DNA of 63,790 nucleotides, filler included, from Pirum gemmata (Eukaryota): NCBI GenBank assembly GCA_002812295.1. It is 11 parts of 11 records of this genome, joined end to end, with 100 filler letters (N's around TTAATTAATTAA, not from the genome) between each part and the next. Parts side by side here need not be neighbours in the genome. Positions count along the whole stretch, not along the records: positions 46,730 to 51,675 come from PDIN01000794.1; positions 51,776 to 56,668 come from PDIN01000795.1; positions 56,769 to 63,790 come from PDIN01000796.1; 8 more parts are not named here. One strand, 5' to 3'. Shown piece by piece: positions 51,611 to 63,790 of this stretch (position 1 is its first letter; each line of letters starts with the position of its first letter). The notes under the pieces were generated by a model. It saw only the letters and a program-made list of their open reading frames with translations, ran no database searches and was not told where the DNA came from. The position numbers and the translations under genes were made by a program.

Positions 51611-51775
51611 AGTATATTAAAGGTAGAATAGATTGAGAATATAAATTGGTTTAATGATTGTAAGAAATAATGAATNNNNNNNNNNNNNNNNNNNNNNNNN
51701 NNNNNNNNNNNNNNNNNNNTTAATTAATTAANNNNNNNNNNNNNNNNNNNNNNNNNNNNNNNNNNNNNNNNNNNN

Positions 51776-51829
51776 CCTAATCTAACCCTAACCCTAATCT
51801 AACCCTAACCCTAATCTAACCCTAACCCT
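51776..51829 (-). repeat. (CCCTAA)n at scaffold start
   Basis: CCCTAA and TCTAA units. Confidence 0.8.
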
Positions 51830-54082
51830 TTTTAATATGATACCCATACCCTTACTTACATTTATGTCGTTTTATTCTAGTGCTATTTTATATCCGATAG
51901 TGTAAATATATATATGATACATTACACTTATATTACAGATTATTATTATATCGATAACATTTCGACTACGAATCTACAATATGATATAATATAGTAGTCT
52001 ATCTATTATGTAGCAGATTTTCGTTATTATAAAAGCGTATTTCAGGTTAAATTCGACTAAACTATTATCATACCCTAAACTACGAAACCCGCGATCGAAA
52101 CGTTAAAACATAAAAGTTATCAATAAATTAAAGTTAAAATGTTATAAATTATTAAAGTATACATACATAATGATTATATAATGTAACTTGCATGATATTA
52201 TCCTATTAGACATTAATTAAACTATGTAGCAATTAATTGATAGAATTATTAATTAGATATCAACTTAAACGTAATTTTCAAAGTTACAAGATTGTCGGGA
52301 ATAGTAATTATTGTTAACGTGGGAAACTTATCAGTGGAAGAGAGTTACTAATTATAAATGATATTTCAGTTTAATAATTATTACTATTCGAGAATCGGTA
52401 CTAGTCAAGAAGCGCCAGCCAAAAGTGTACCAAAAGACAGGCAAAAGTTAAACCAACTCAAATGAGAGTGGAATATAATTAATGAACGTGAAACGTTTTC
52501 ATTTCACTATTATAGTATTGACTCGCTATAGATGGTTTTGAATAAAACGATAACTCGTATAAGTAAAGAATGATTTAAGAACTTGGTTAAAACACTATCG
52601 GATAACTGTACTAATCGAATATAGCGGGGAAAAGAGCTATTCTAAGCTATTGTAAAGTTAACGAGAACGTACACCTAAGGAACGTGCATGCTATAACAAA
52701 TAGTAGTATATATGATTGTTTGAATAAAATTTTATTCTATCATACGGATTCTTTATTGTTATCGTAGGAGGTGTATGATAATAATTATTATAAAGTATAT
52801 CAAAGATAGGTATTTTATTGTCTTTTTTATCGATACATTTATTTTTCAACAGTTTTCCAATTGATAAAATTTAGTTCACTACCAATAATTCCTAGTAGCT
52901 AATATAATCAATTAGCTATATTATTTTAGTGCTGAATTTTAGCAATATGAACTGCAGACTAACTGCAATATGTTCATAATGGGTTCTTTATTGTTAGGGG
53001 TGTACGATAAAGTATAATATCAAAGATATCGATACCTTTATTTTTCAACAATTTTCCAATTCATATATGAAATTTAATTCATTACTAATAATTCCTAGTA
53101 GGTAATATAATTCATTAACTATATATATTATTTATTATTTAGTGTTGAATTTTATTAGCAATATGAACTGCAATTTACTAATAACTACAATATTAGACAA
53201 TATAATCTTATGCATTGTTATGCTGAATTTACTAGACTTTTACTAGGCTCAATTTATCTGAATTCATAATAATAATGTAGCTAGCTAGATATATATGAAT
53301 AATGATAAAAAAGAAATAATATTAATAATAATAATAATATTTATGTATAAAGCTATGTATAAGTAGCTTTATAAGCAAGGACTTCAAGCTACTTCAAGTC
53401 TTCAAAAGACAAAAATTGAAGTCCTAGTCTAAGCTACTAGAGTGTGAGGGCCTCTCAATTTTTTTTTATCTTTCAAATTTCAATCCAATGTCAAGGAGTT
53501 CAAGTTCGGCGCCAAAAAAAAAAAAAAAAAAAGTTCATTCAACTTTATCTCCTACTAGTAGTAGCTAGCTAGCTAGCTATGATAGCTAGCTAGCTCCAAG
53601 AAAAAGGAGTTCAAGAAAATTTGAACTGGCTCACTACTGGCTCATATCAATATCAAAGAGAATCAAAGTATACATATTATATATATATATTATGATATAT
53701 TATATATCAATATCAAAGAGAATCAAAGTATACATATTATATATATATTATGATATATATATCTACGTATCTAAGAAATCCAATCTAGTATAATATATAG
53801 CAGACACTTTTTGCGAATATATATGATAATATGTAACGTATTAAACCTGGAAGGGGAGTAGCTACTAGCTAGCTACTAGCTAGTAGCTAGACCTAGCTAG
53901 ACCTAGCTAGATACTCTGATACAGTACTGATACAGTGATACTCTATGTATGACAGTATTACTCAACTCTTCTTGGAAAACTTAAATTGACACTTCAATCA
54001 TATTTCCTGCACAATTTTTCTAGGATTTTTCACTGATTTTTCTCAGGGATTTTTCTCTGGGATTTTTCAACTGATTTTTCTT

Positions 54083-54125
<43 letters not shown>

Positions 54126-54567
54126 GTCAGAAGGCTCAGAACTTAGAACTTGTCTGTGAGCTAGACCGGGGTCTAGCTAGTAATAGCTCTCAAGTAGGCA
54201 GGCAGGTCATAAAAATAATAATTTATTGATATGATAATATAATAATAATAATAATAATACTATAATAATGATAATAATAAAAATGATAATAATTATAATG
54301 ATATCATAATAATTAATTATTATAATAATAATTTATAACACAGCCTAGCTAGCACTGCCTAGCTAGCAGTAGCTAGAGCTCTACCCTCTAGCTAGCGAGC
54401 TACTAGCTAGAGCTATCTACTAGAGTAGACCGCTCTAGCTAGTAGCTAGACTGAGTAGCTAGACCGGGTCTACTACTCTAGCTAGCTAGCTATGATAGCT
54501 AGCTAGTCTAGGGAACATGCCGATAAAAAGTAGTTATTTATCGGGACATTTATATCATAGTACATTT

Positions 54568-54755
54568 ATCGTGTTTTTCAGTAGTATTGTAGAGTATTGT
54601 CCAGTTCAAAAACTGAAATAAACATACCAAATTATTATTATGGTTAAACTATCAGACATGTTTTAATTAATTTGGTATTTTATAATTAATGTTGTATTTC
54701 ATAAACAAGTTCAATTATACACTTAAACAGTCCCAAATTAAAAATTGAGAAACGA
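54568..54755. mobile_element. MITE family C (others at about 55078-55219, 57445-57606, 61400-61800, 63438-63615)
   Basis: TCGTGTTTT ends; core CCAGTTCAAAAACTGAAATAAAC and AAACTATCAGACATGTTTTAAT. Confidence 0.8.
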
Positions 54756-55330
54756 TATTTATAAATATATGATATTATTATGATATATGATAAAAGCTTC
54801 AATATAGCCCCCCCTCCATAGACTAATAATATAGATAATAGGTAACACTGAAGTATTAAACCGAGGTTGAGAATCGATCCATCATGACTCCATCCATCAT
54901 GCGATTTTTTTTATTTAATTTATTATGTAAAAGATCGGCCCTCTCACATTTTTTCCGAAAACAGTTTATAATAACTTTATAACCAAGTCTACAGCACGAA
55001 TAAACCTCTCGGGAATAAACCTGTAGACCCGGGTAGACAGTAGGTAGACAGTACCGTAGTATCGTCTATTTCATTACATCTTTAATTTTGTACTGTTTAA
55101 GTGTATATATAAAAAAACATTTTAAGTATAAAATACCAAATTGATTAAAACATGTCTGATAGTTTAACCATAATAATAATTTGGTATGTATTTCAGTTTT
55201 TGAACTGGACAAAACACGATAACATACCAACTAACTTATACTAGTAGCTAGTAATTTACAAATTATCTGATATTATTATTTTAATAAATTAGTTCCAAAG
55301 GCATGTTACATGTAGGCTATAATATTATAG

Positions 55331-55775
55331 CAAATCACAGTCAAACTAAATAACAAGCTTCGCTTTCTATTTACACTGAAAGGTACAAACTGGGGTGCTA
55401 ATCCGATAACACTACTACGAACTTTTAAATCTCTGATGCGCTCAATTACCGGCTATTCAGCAATAGCCATCCTAATGATGACACCAAGTGAAAGGGAACA
55501 ACTAGAAATAATACAAAACAAAGCAATGAGACTAATCACCAATACACGCCAAGTAGACAACATCAAAATCACAACATTACAAAATCTAACAGCTCAATCA
55601 CCAACAACATTAATAGGCATCATGAATGAAGCAACCAAAATGAAAGGAAATAAATATACTTAAAAAAGAAAAAATCACAGCAACAACAACACTTATTAAT
55701 AATTAAAAACCTTTTTTAATTAACACAACAGAAGAAAAAAAATATCGTACAGCAACAAAAAAAAAAAAAAAAAAA
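55331..55775 (+). pseudogene. Non-LTR retrotransposon (I/Jockey-like) RT C-terminal relic with A-rich tail
   Basis: LKGTNWGANPITLLRTFKSLMRSITGYS...LEIIQNKAMRLIT matches the LINE RT thumb motif; poly(A) at about 55757-55775. Confidence 0.8.
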
Positions 55776-56831
55776 GGGTCAACTTCGAGTCTTCGAGCGA
55801 TGATTTTCAATAACCAATGGACTGAACACAACAAAACCTCGTAGCCCTGACCAGGCCACTAGGACCAGGCCACCACCTGGCAGCTTAAATAGAGCTATTT
55901 CAATTTAAATATAAATATCATATAATTATATATTTAGTGTTATTATACTATACAATTTAGAGGTGGTAGCAGAAATAACTCGCTTAATTAAAATTGAAAT
56001 TCCTGAAATGCAAGTATTAGAATACACAATTCCTGCACAAACTTCTACCCAAACTTAAGTGACGTTAAATTTATTTTCTACAAAGTTAATTATAATTTTC
56101 AAGTTCCCTTTACTAATATATCCAAAGTAATTGTGGGAGATGCAGCTCACGTGGAGCATACATAGATGACAGATGAACTTCTATGCTCGAACTTATATGT
56201 ACTATACGGTCTAGGTCTATACCTAATATATTTTTTTTTTAATGGTTTCGGAATCATTCCTCTTTTGATGCTATATACTATATATGATTATTATAGACAC
56301 TTTTTGAAGTTTTTCCTTGGGTTCTTGATACTGATACAACTTTGATATGCTATTGTCGTAAATATGGATATTATAGTCTTATATAGAGGTTTATATTTAT
56401 TGTTTATTATATAATACTGGTATGATATTTTTTTGTAGTTTTATATAGGTGGCTATATATTTATTTATATAATATATCATATACCGATATTCATTTATCG
56501 ATACAATAAGTGTTATAAATAAATAGGAAAATAAATGAATGTGGCCGGGTAGCTCTACATACCCCTACTAGCTATCATAGCTAGCTAGCTAGTAGACCCC
56601 CCCCCACGCCCCCACCCCGGTCTAGCTAGCTAGTATCGTGCTTTTCATTTATTTTGTCACTCTGAATANNNNNNNNNNNNNNNNNNNNNNNNNNNNNNNN
56701 NNNNNNNNNNNNTTAATTAATTAANNNNNNNNNNNNNNNNNNNNNNNNNNNNNNNNNNNNNNNNNNNNTATCATCGCAGGATCATCGCGCATGAGGCTGT
56801 TAGATGTATGAGGATGGGTTACGGGTACAAC

Positions 56832-57092
56832 AGTAGGGATGAGATGACGTCATTTTATTATTACCGAACAGCTGCCAGAACTTTTCCGATTTTATGGTTT
56901 TTGTTACTATTAATGATAATATTGTTACTTTAATTGGTATCTACTATAATTATATTTACTATTTTAAGCCATTTAAATGCTATTATTAGTAAGGAACACG
57001 GAACTAAGGTTGGCGATAAAACTCTCGATAAGCATCTATTCGAAAAAAGTTCCAGAGATATCTCAATAATCTCACCCACTCTCACCCCTACT
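56832..57092 (+). mobile_element. MITE family D copy
   Basis: Same TIRs and body as 3950-4197. Confidence 0.85.
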
Positions 57093-57866
57093 ACGAGTCT
57101 ACGAGACTACGACATACATTGTAAATATTTTTTTTTAAAAAAAAAGGGACAATTGACTGACAATTGGGAATTTGGGACTAATTCTGGATCCATACTGAGA
57201 TCTAAATAGACGTTACTAAAATTAACACCATAAGCACCGGTTTTTATTAATTAAAAAAACGTAATTTTACTGTAAAATCAGGAGCATTACTTGTAACAAC
57301 TTCATTATATGCCACAAAACACTTCTGACATGTTAAATTTACTACCACTTTCTAATTCTATAGAAACTGTGATATTGGTACCAAATTCACCAACAAAATA
57401 TTGGTTTACTATTTAATTTTGGAATGGTGCTGGAATATTGAGTAATCTCAATCTTTAATTTGGTACTGTTTAAGTGTATAATTAAATTTGTTTATATATT
57501 ACAACATTAAGTATAAAATACCAAATTAATTAAAAAATGTCCGAAAGTTTAACCATAATAACAATTAGGTACGTTTATTTCAGTTTTTGAACTGGAAAAA
57601 CACAATAAAATAAATAATAAAATAGACTAACTAGAATAATAATAATAACAAATTCATATAATTATATAAAAAAAGTATATATACCGTGGTATTTTACTCT
57701 TCAGAGCTAATATCAATTATATCATCATCAATATATTTAGAAAAACAAAAAATTACACAAGCAAAAAACAAAAACAAAAAAGAGAAATAAATATAAAATT
57801 AACATTAAAAAATACACACATATATATACAAAAAACAAAAAATAAAATAAAACCAACAAACAAAAA

Positions 57867-58592
57867 ATGAAGTCAGCACTACTAGTAGCCTTGGTTGTGT
57901 CAATTTTCACCATTACACTATGTAATGTCGGCATTGTTCAATCCAATCCGGTACCACATGTACAAGGTCCCAAACCTCCACCAGCATCACCAGCCCTCAT
58001 ACAAGTTACAGGTCCCAAACCTCCACCAGCATCACCAGCCCTCATACAAGTTACAAAACGTGATATTTCAAGAAAAGGACCGCCACCAATACTTAGTGGA
58101 TCAAGAATGGTCGATGCTAAAAGAAGAAAGCCAGGACCCGCTGGATTTAGACAAGCTCGAAGTGAACAGGAACCAGAAGTTGCTGGGAAACCAAGACCCG
58201 CTGGATTAAGGGAAACTGTTAGTGTACAAACTGTACAAAGACAAGTTACAAAACGTGATATTTCAAGAAAAGGACCGTCACCAAGTGGATTAAGAATGGT
58301 TGATGCTAAAAAACCAAAACCAGTACCCGCTGGATTTAGACAAGCTCGAAGTGAACAGGAACCAGAAGTTGCTGGGAAACCAAGACCCGCTGGATTAAAG
58401 GAAACTGTTAGTGTTACCAAATTTAAACGTGAAATTACTGATAAGAAAAAATCCACAACCGTTGGAATAACTCCAAAACAAACTGTACAAAGACAAGCAG
58501 CAGATCCTGTGGGTTGCCCCATGGCTTTCTATTCTCTTTCTGAACAAGAAAAACTTAATTGCGGATGCATTTGTTGTTTTGGTTGTGGTTAA
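57867..58592 (+). CDS. 241-aa secreted prepropeptide with internal repeats, dibasic sites and a C-terminal 6-Cys peptide
   Basis: Clear signal peptide; GPKPPPASPALIQVT x2; about 60-aa block x2; KR/KK sites; ends CPMAFYSLSEQEKLNCGCICCFGCG. Confidence 0.88.
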   Translation: MKSALLVALVVSIFTITLCNVGIVQSNPVPHVQGPKPPPASPALIQVTGPKPPPASPALIQVTKRDISRKGPPPILSGSRMVDAKRRKPGPAGFRQARSEQEPEVAGKPRPAGLRETVSVQTVQRQVTKRDISRKGPSPSGLRMVDAKKPKPVPAGFRQARSEQEPEVAGKPRPAGLKETVSVTKFKREITDKKKSTTVGITPKQTVQRQAADPVGCPMAFYSLSEQEKLNCGCICCFGCG

Positions 58593-58800
58593 AAATTTAA
58601 AATAAATACTAAATTGACTAATTAATAATGTATTATTTTGCTAAAACTATTACAGTACTATCACTATTGTTACCATTGCAGAATGATGTTGATCAAGCTT
58701 TGTTGATTGATAATAAAAAATTTAATAAATAGTAATAATAATAACAATAATAATAATAATAATTTATAATAAATTGAACTTCCCATGGGCGGTAACCCGG

Positions 58801-58838
<38 letters not shown>

Positions 58839-59434
58839 NNNNTAAATAATAATAAATAATAAATAATAAATAATAAATAATAAATAATAAATAATAAATA
58901 AATAATAAATAGCCTATTAAATTGTAGCTATTTAAAGGAAGAACAGAACTCTTGAGAAGTTTGAGAGCCGTGTGACTCGGTGTGAGAGGCCGTGAGTACT
59001 CCGTGAGTATTTCGAATACAGGCTTATACAGCATGTCAAATATACAAAAATTATTATTATAGCTATATTATTATCATAGTCTACCAATTATAGTCTACAC
59101 ACAATTGGAATGGCAAAAAGATCACTGAAACAGTACTGTCACTGTACTGAAAGTCTGAAACCCCAACGTCCCCACGAGTGGGAACCTAAAGAACCTAAAC
59201 AGTCTAACTGTCTAAACTCCGACTCAGACGGCGACTCTAAACAGTTTTTTATGGACTCTGGGTGCTTAGGGTTTAGGTGCCTAGAGTTGTGCCTCTTCTA
59301 GCGTCTAGCTAGGTGATTGTGGAATTTAATTAATTAAAAAAGGTTAGGAAAACTGGGAGGAAACACTTAGGAAACCCACTAGCTAGTAGGAAACACTAGG
59401 AAACCCACAATACTCCCACAGAATACTCCCACAA

Positions 59435-59643
59435 TCGTGCTTTTCAGTTGGTTTGAGTCTGACATCATTACACAATATAATATACAATAAATAGTACCAA
59501 ATTCATAATAATATAATATAAATCCATTTATAATAATTTAATTTGGTATATTTTATTATCTATATGTTGTTTAAAAATGTCAATTTAAAGATTATAACCC
59601 TCCAAATAAACATTCAGAGTGACAAAATAAATGAAAAGCACGA
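59435..59643. mobile_element. MITE family B, full length (further copies at about 59881-60052, 60555-60692, 60818-60976, 61513-61695, 63140-63201, 63723-63790)
   Basis: TIR TCGTGCTTTTCA / TGAAAAGCACGA; most copies are flanked by TA, as for Tc1/mariner-type MITEs. Confidence 0.88.
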
Positions 59644-61798
59644 TAATAGTCTAGACCCGTCTGAGACCCGTCTATAATTAAAAAAAATATTAAAGTTGAG
59701 TTCCACACAGTATTCTACAGTCTCTACACTACCCTCTAGCTAGACACTACCCTTTTAGTACTATCGATAATAGACTATAGCCTATACATAGCCAGAAACT
59801 GTACGTCGTGTATACTTTATCATCATATTAAATCTCTAAGTAGAATATAATATATTATATATTATTTCATTATTATATATATCATGCTTTTCAGTTGTTT
59901 TGTCATTATAAAATATATAATAAAGAATACCAAATTAGTACAACATAAATCCATTTCATTTTATTTGGTATATTTTATTATCTATTTATTCATTTAAATA
60001 TGTCCATATAAATACTATAACCAACCAAATAAAAAAATAAATGAAAAGCACAATAATAATAATAAATAAATTAAAATACACTCAATAAAATTTAAAATAC
60101 TACCACAATTTACAGAAAAAAATTTATATTAATAGATTAAATTTTATTAGTTTTGATTTACTGCAAAGTATATAATATGCAATGTAATTAGGGTTAGGGT
60201 TGGGGTTAGCTTTAAGCCCATCTATTAATATACTTTGTATTGATTCAATTTTGATTGACAGTAATAATACTGTTCATACATAGCAATAAAATGTACTAAT
60301 CACAATTTCAAAAAATAATAATATCCTAACCCCAGCCCTAACACCAACCCTTACCCCTAACCCCAAACCTTACCCCTATAGCTAACCCCAGCCCCAACCC
60401 TAACCTTATTAACCTTAGCTCCAGCTCTAACCCTAATTATAACGTTAAACCTAACCCCAACCTTTTATTCATTTAAAAATTGCAATTTTTCGTGGGTATG
60501 TGACATACACTTGTGTGGTCTATTGCCGTAGGTGACATTGGTCTCATGATTAATCCAAATTAATACAATATAAATCCATTTAATTTAATTTGGTTTATTT
60601 TATTATCTATATATTTATTTAAAAGTGTCAATTTAAATATTATAACCCCCCAAATAAATATTTAGAGTGATAAAATAAATGAAAAGCACGATAATATAAT
60701 ATTTAATTAATTAATAATATTATTATATTATAATAATAAATAAATGAAACTAAAAGCAAGTTGTAGACTAGTAGCTACTACCCTCGAGCTATAATATTTT
60801 ATTCTATAATTATAATGAATGCTTTTCAGTTGTTTTGTCTTTATAAAATATATATACAATAAATAGTTCCAAATCAATACAAAATAAATCCATTTAATTT
60901 AATTTGGTATATTTTATTATCTATGTATTGATTTAAAAATGTCAATTTAAAGATTATAACCCTCCAAATAAATATTATAGATTATTAGAGTAGAATAAAG
61001 AATAAATTATCTAGCTAGAATACAGAGCTAGAATAAATTATTATCATAATTAATTGGAACTATTAATAGAACTAAGGATATATTATATATATAGTAACTT
61101 ATATACCGTATTAGAACAGTATTAGAACTCCCTGGTGTAGGAATAATAAATTAATAATACGATAAATTCCCGTCGATAATAATATAATATTTTTAAAATA
61201 ATAATATTATTTGTTTATAAATATTATTCAAATATTATACTAGCTAGTATAAACAGTGACATCATTTTAAAAATATTACAATATTATTAATATTAATAAT
61301 ATTATGTTATAATATTATTTAAATAATAATTATGGAAAAATATTAAATTGTTATTTATAATTGTATTATATATTTATTTATTACAATTGTCCTCTCACTA
61401 GTGTCCTCTCAATCTTTATAAGTTAATTTGGTACTATTTAAGTGTATAATTGAATATGTTTATATACAATACAACATCTGAATACAACATTACATATTAT
61501 TATAAAATACAATAGTGTTTTTCAGTTATTTTGTCGTCATAAAATTTTAAATATACAATAAATAGCACCAAATTAATACAATATAAATCCATTTAAATTA
61601 GGTATATCTATTTATTGATTTAAAAATATCAATTTAAAGATTATAACCCTTCAAATAAATATTCTTCACAGTGACAAAATAAATGAAAAGCACGATAAAT
61701 TAATTAAAACATGTCTGATAGTTTAACCATAATAACAGTTTGGTATCAATCAAAGAGTTGAACTCCTTGGAACTCCTGTTTATTTTAGTTTTTGAACT

Positions 61799-61902
61799 AG
61801 CTTCAAATACCCTTACCTACTACCTACCCCTCGACGTTAATTTCCCGTCAAATACCACCTACCTACCTACCCCTTGACGTGACGTATTATTTGAATACTC
61901 CC
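61799..61902 (-). mobile_element. MITE family A, partial
   Basis: Family A left half in reverse orientation. Confidence 0.8.
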
Positions 61903-63790
61903 CTACTAGCTAGCTAGTACTAAGTAGTACCTAGCTAGCTAGCTAGTATATAAAAGTGTGATATCATAGTATGATATAGATAATATAGTACTAATACACT
62001 ACTAATACCACCAGATTACTATTTTTCTAAAAATAATAATATTATTATGATAAGTAGTCTAAGAAAATATAGCTGATAATATTTAGCAGAGGAAAATTTC
62101 CTCTGAAAATTTCCTACCATATAATCCATATTATTTATATAATTAATATAATATTATAATAATTATTATATCCAGATTATATCATGATATTAGAGTATAT
62201 TAGTGATATTACTATTTAGTCTATATACCAAGGACTTCAAAAAAGAAACGTGGAAGTCTTGTCTATAAGTGTCTATAATATAATATTAATATTATGATAT
62301 GACATACATTAAAAAAAAAAAAAAAAAAAATCGTATGTACTATTATAGTAATAAAAATAGGGAATTTACTCTTTTTTTTCTTCTTTTTTAGTTCTTTTTT
62401 TACCTTTTTTACATTCACTTCTTTTTTTTTTATCTTTTTTTCTCTTTTTTACTCTTTTTTTTTTGATCTTTTTTCTAGGATTCTTTGGGATTCTTTTTTA
62501 TTATATGATAATATTATATAGACTAATGGTTTTTTTTACCGAGGATCCGATCCGAACTTCTGAAGCGAAAACGAGGAACGGAAATAGCGAAAATGAAATC
62601 ATGAAAATGAGATAGCCCTCCAAATAAGAAGCTAGCAGCAGTTCTAGCTAGGCTTCTAGTAGCTAGCAGCACTGTAGACTAGTAATTACTTTTTTTTTAA
62701 AAAAAAGTACTACAGCAGCTACTACAGCCAGGTAACAGTCTACAGGAGTACTAGCTAGTACTACAGGTATTTAATATGATATCTGATACATGGTAATATG
62801 ATGGTATCATATTTATAAATAACCAGTACTTTCCCAGAGTAGTTTCCAGAGTAGTTTCCCTAGGACTAGACTACTATCTGATACTATCCATGATAGATAA
62901 TTACTATCATATGATACGTAGAGTTTACCATTATGGTGTCATTATGAAAAGTACAACAAGTTAAAAAACCAACTGACAATCAAATCATTAAAACTTGTTT
63001 CAAAGTATTATAAAACAAATCAACAATTTGCAACTTTAATTTAATAACTATAATACATAACTAGTACAGTACTGCTTGTAAACAGTAGAGTGATCAAGTG
63101 AGACCAACAAGCAATATAGTTACTGTATTTAATATTTGTATTGTATTTATTTGGTACTATTTATTGTATATTTTACGATATGACAAAACAACTGAAAAGC
63201 ATTAATATTCATTATAGAATATAGACCCAGTAGCACTATATCTCGTAACACTTATCGATCGATATACTAGTACTAGTATTATTTTTCTTAAACTAAATTA
63301 TTAAATATCGTGTTTTTCAATAATTCAAAAACTGAAATAAACGTATTAATACTTTATTATTATATTAAAATATTATTATTATGAATTTATTATTATTATT
63401 ACTCTAGACCGGGTCTAGTTATTTTATTATTTATTTTATCGTGTTTTTCAATAGTGTCCTCTCAATCTTTAATTTGGTATTGTTTAAGTTTATAATTGAA
63501 CTTGTTTATAAAATACAGCAATAAGTATAAAATACCGAATTAATTAAAACATGTCCGATAGTTAAAGTATAATAATAATCTGGTAAGTTTATTTCAGTTT
63601 TTGAACTGGACAACAACTGTAATGAAATAGACGATAGCCCGTTTAGACAGACCTAGTCTATTAGACAGACGGTTTACTTACAAAATTTTTAAAATCCTAT
63701 TTTTCATAAACTTTAATAGTCTATCGTGCTTTTCATTTATTTTGTCACTCCGAATATTTATTTGGTTGTTTCTAATATTTAAATTGATAC

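Overview
Very AT-rich, microsatellite-saturated eukaryotic DNA with GT-AG introns and TTAGGG-type repeats, probably from a protist; the taxon cannot be fixed from this window. It is not one locus: ten artificial N-TTAATTAATTAA-N spacers split it into 11 scaffolds, most about 5 kb, so adjacency across spacers means nothing. Recognisable gene pieces: malic enzyme (5' exons), RMND1/DUF155, OGFOD1/Tpa1 (3' exons), ATG2 (3' exons) and a PDZ exon. The RMND1 and ATG2 exons lie out of order, most likely from mis-scaffolding at microsatellites. Orphan secreted or surface proteins: a 749-aa amphipathic-repeat protein, a mucin with three Cys/Trp modules plus an F5/8C domain, a GPI-type Cys-rich protein, and a dibasic-site prepropeptide ending in a 6-Cys peptide. 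Mobile DNA: an intact 978-aa Sola-like DDD transposase ORF, an ISL2EU/Harbinger transposase relic, a LINE RT relic and at least seven MITE families. The most unusual recurring signal is that gene 3' ends, including coding sequence and stop codon, are copied into decaying head-to-tail arrays directly downstream, on independent scaffolds.
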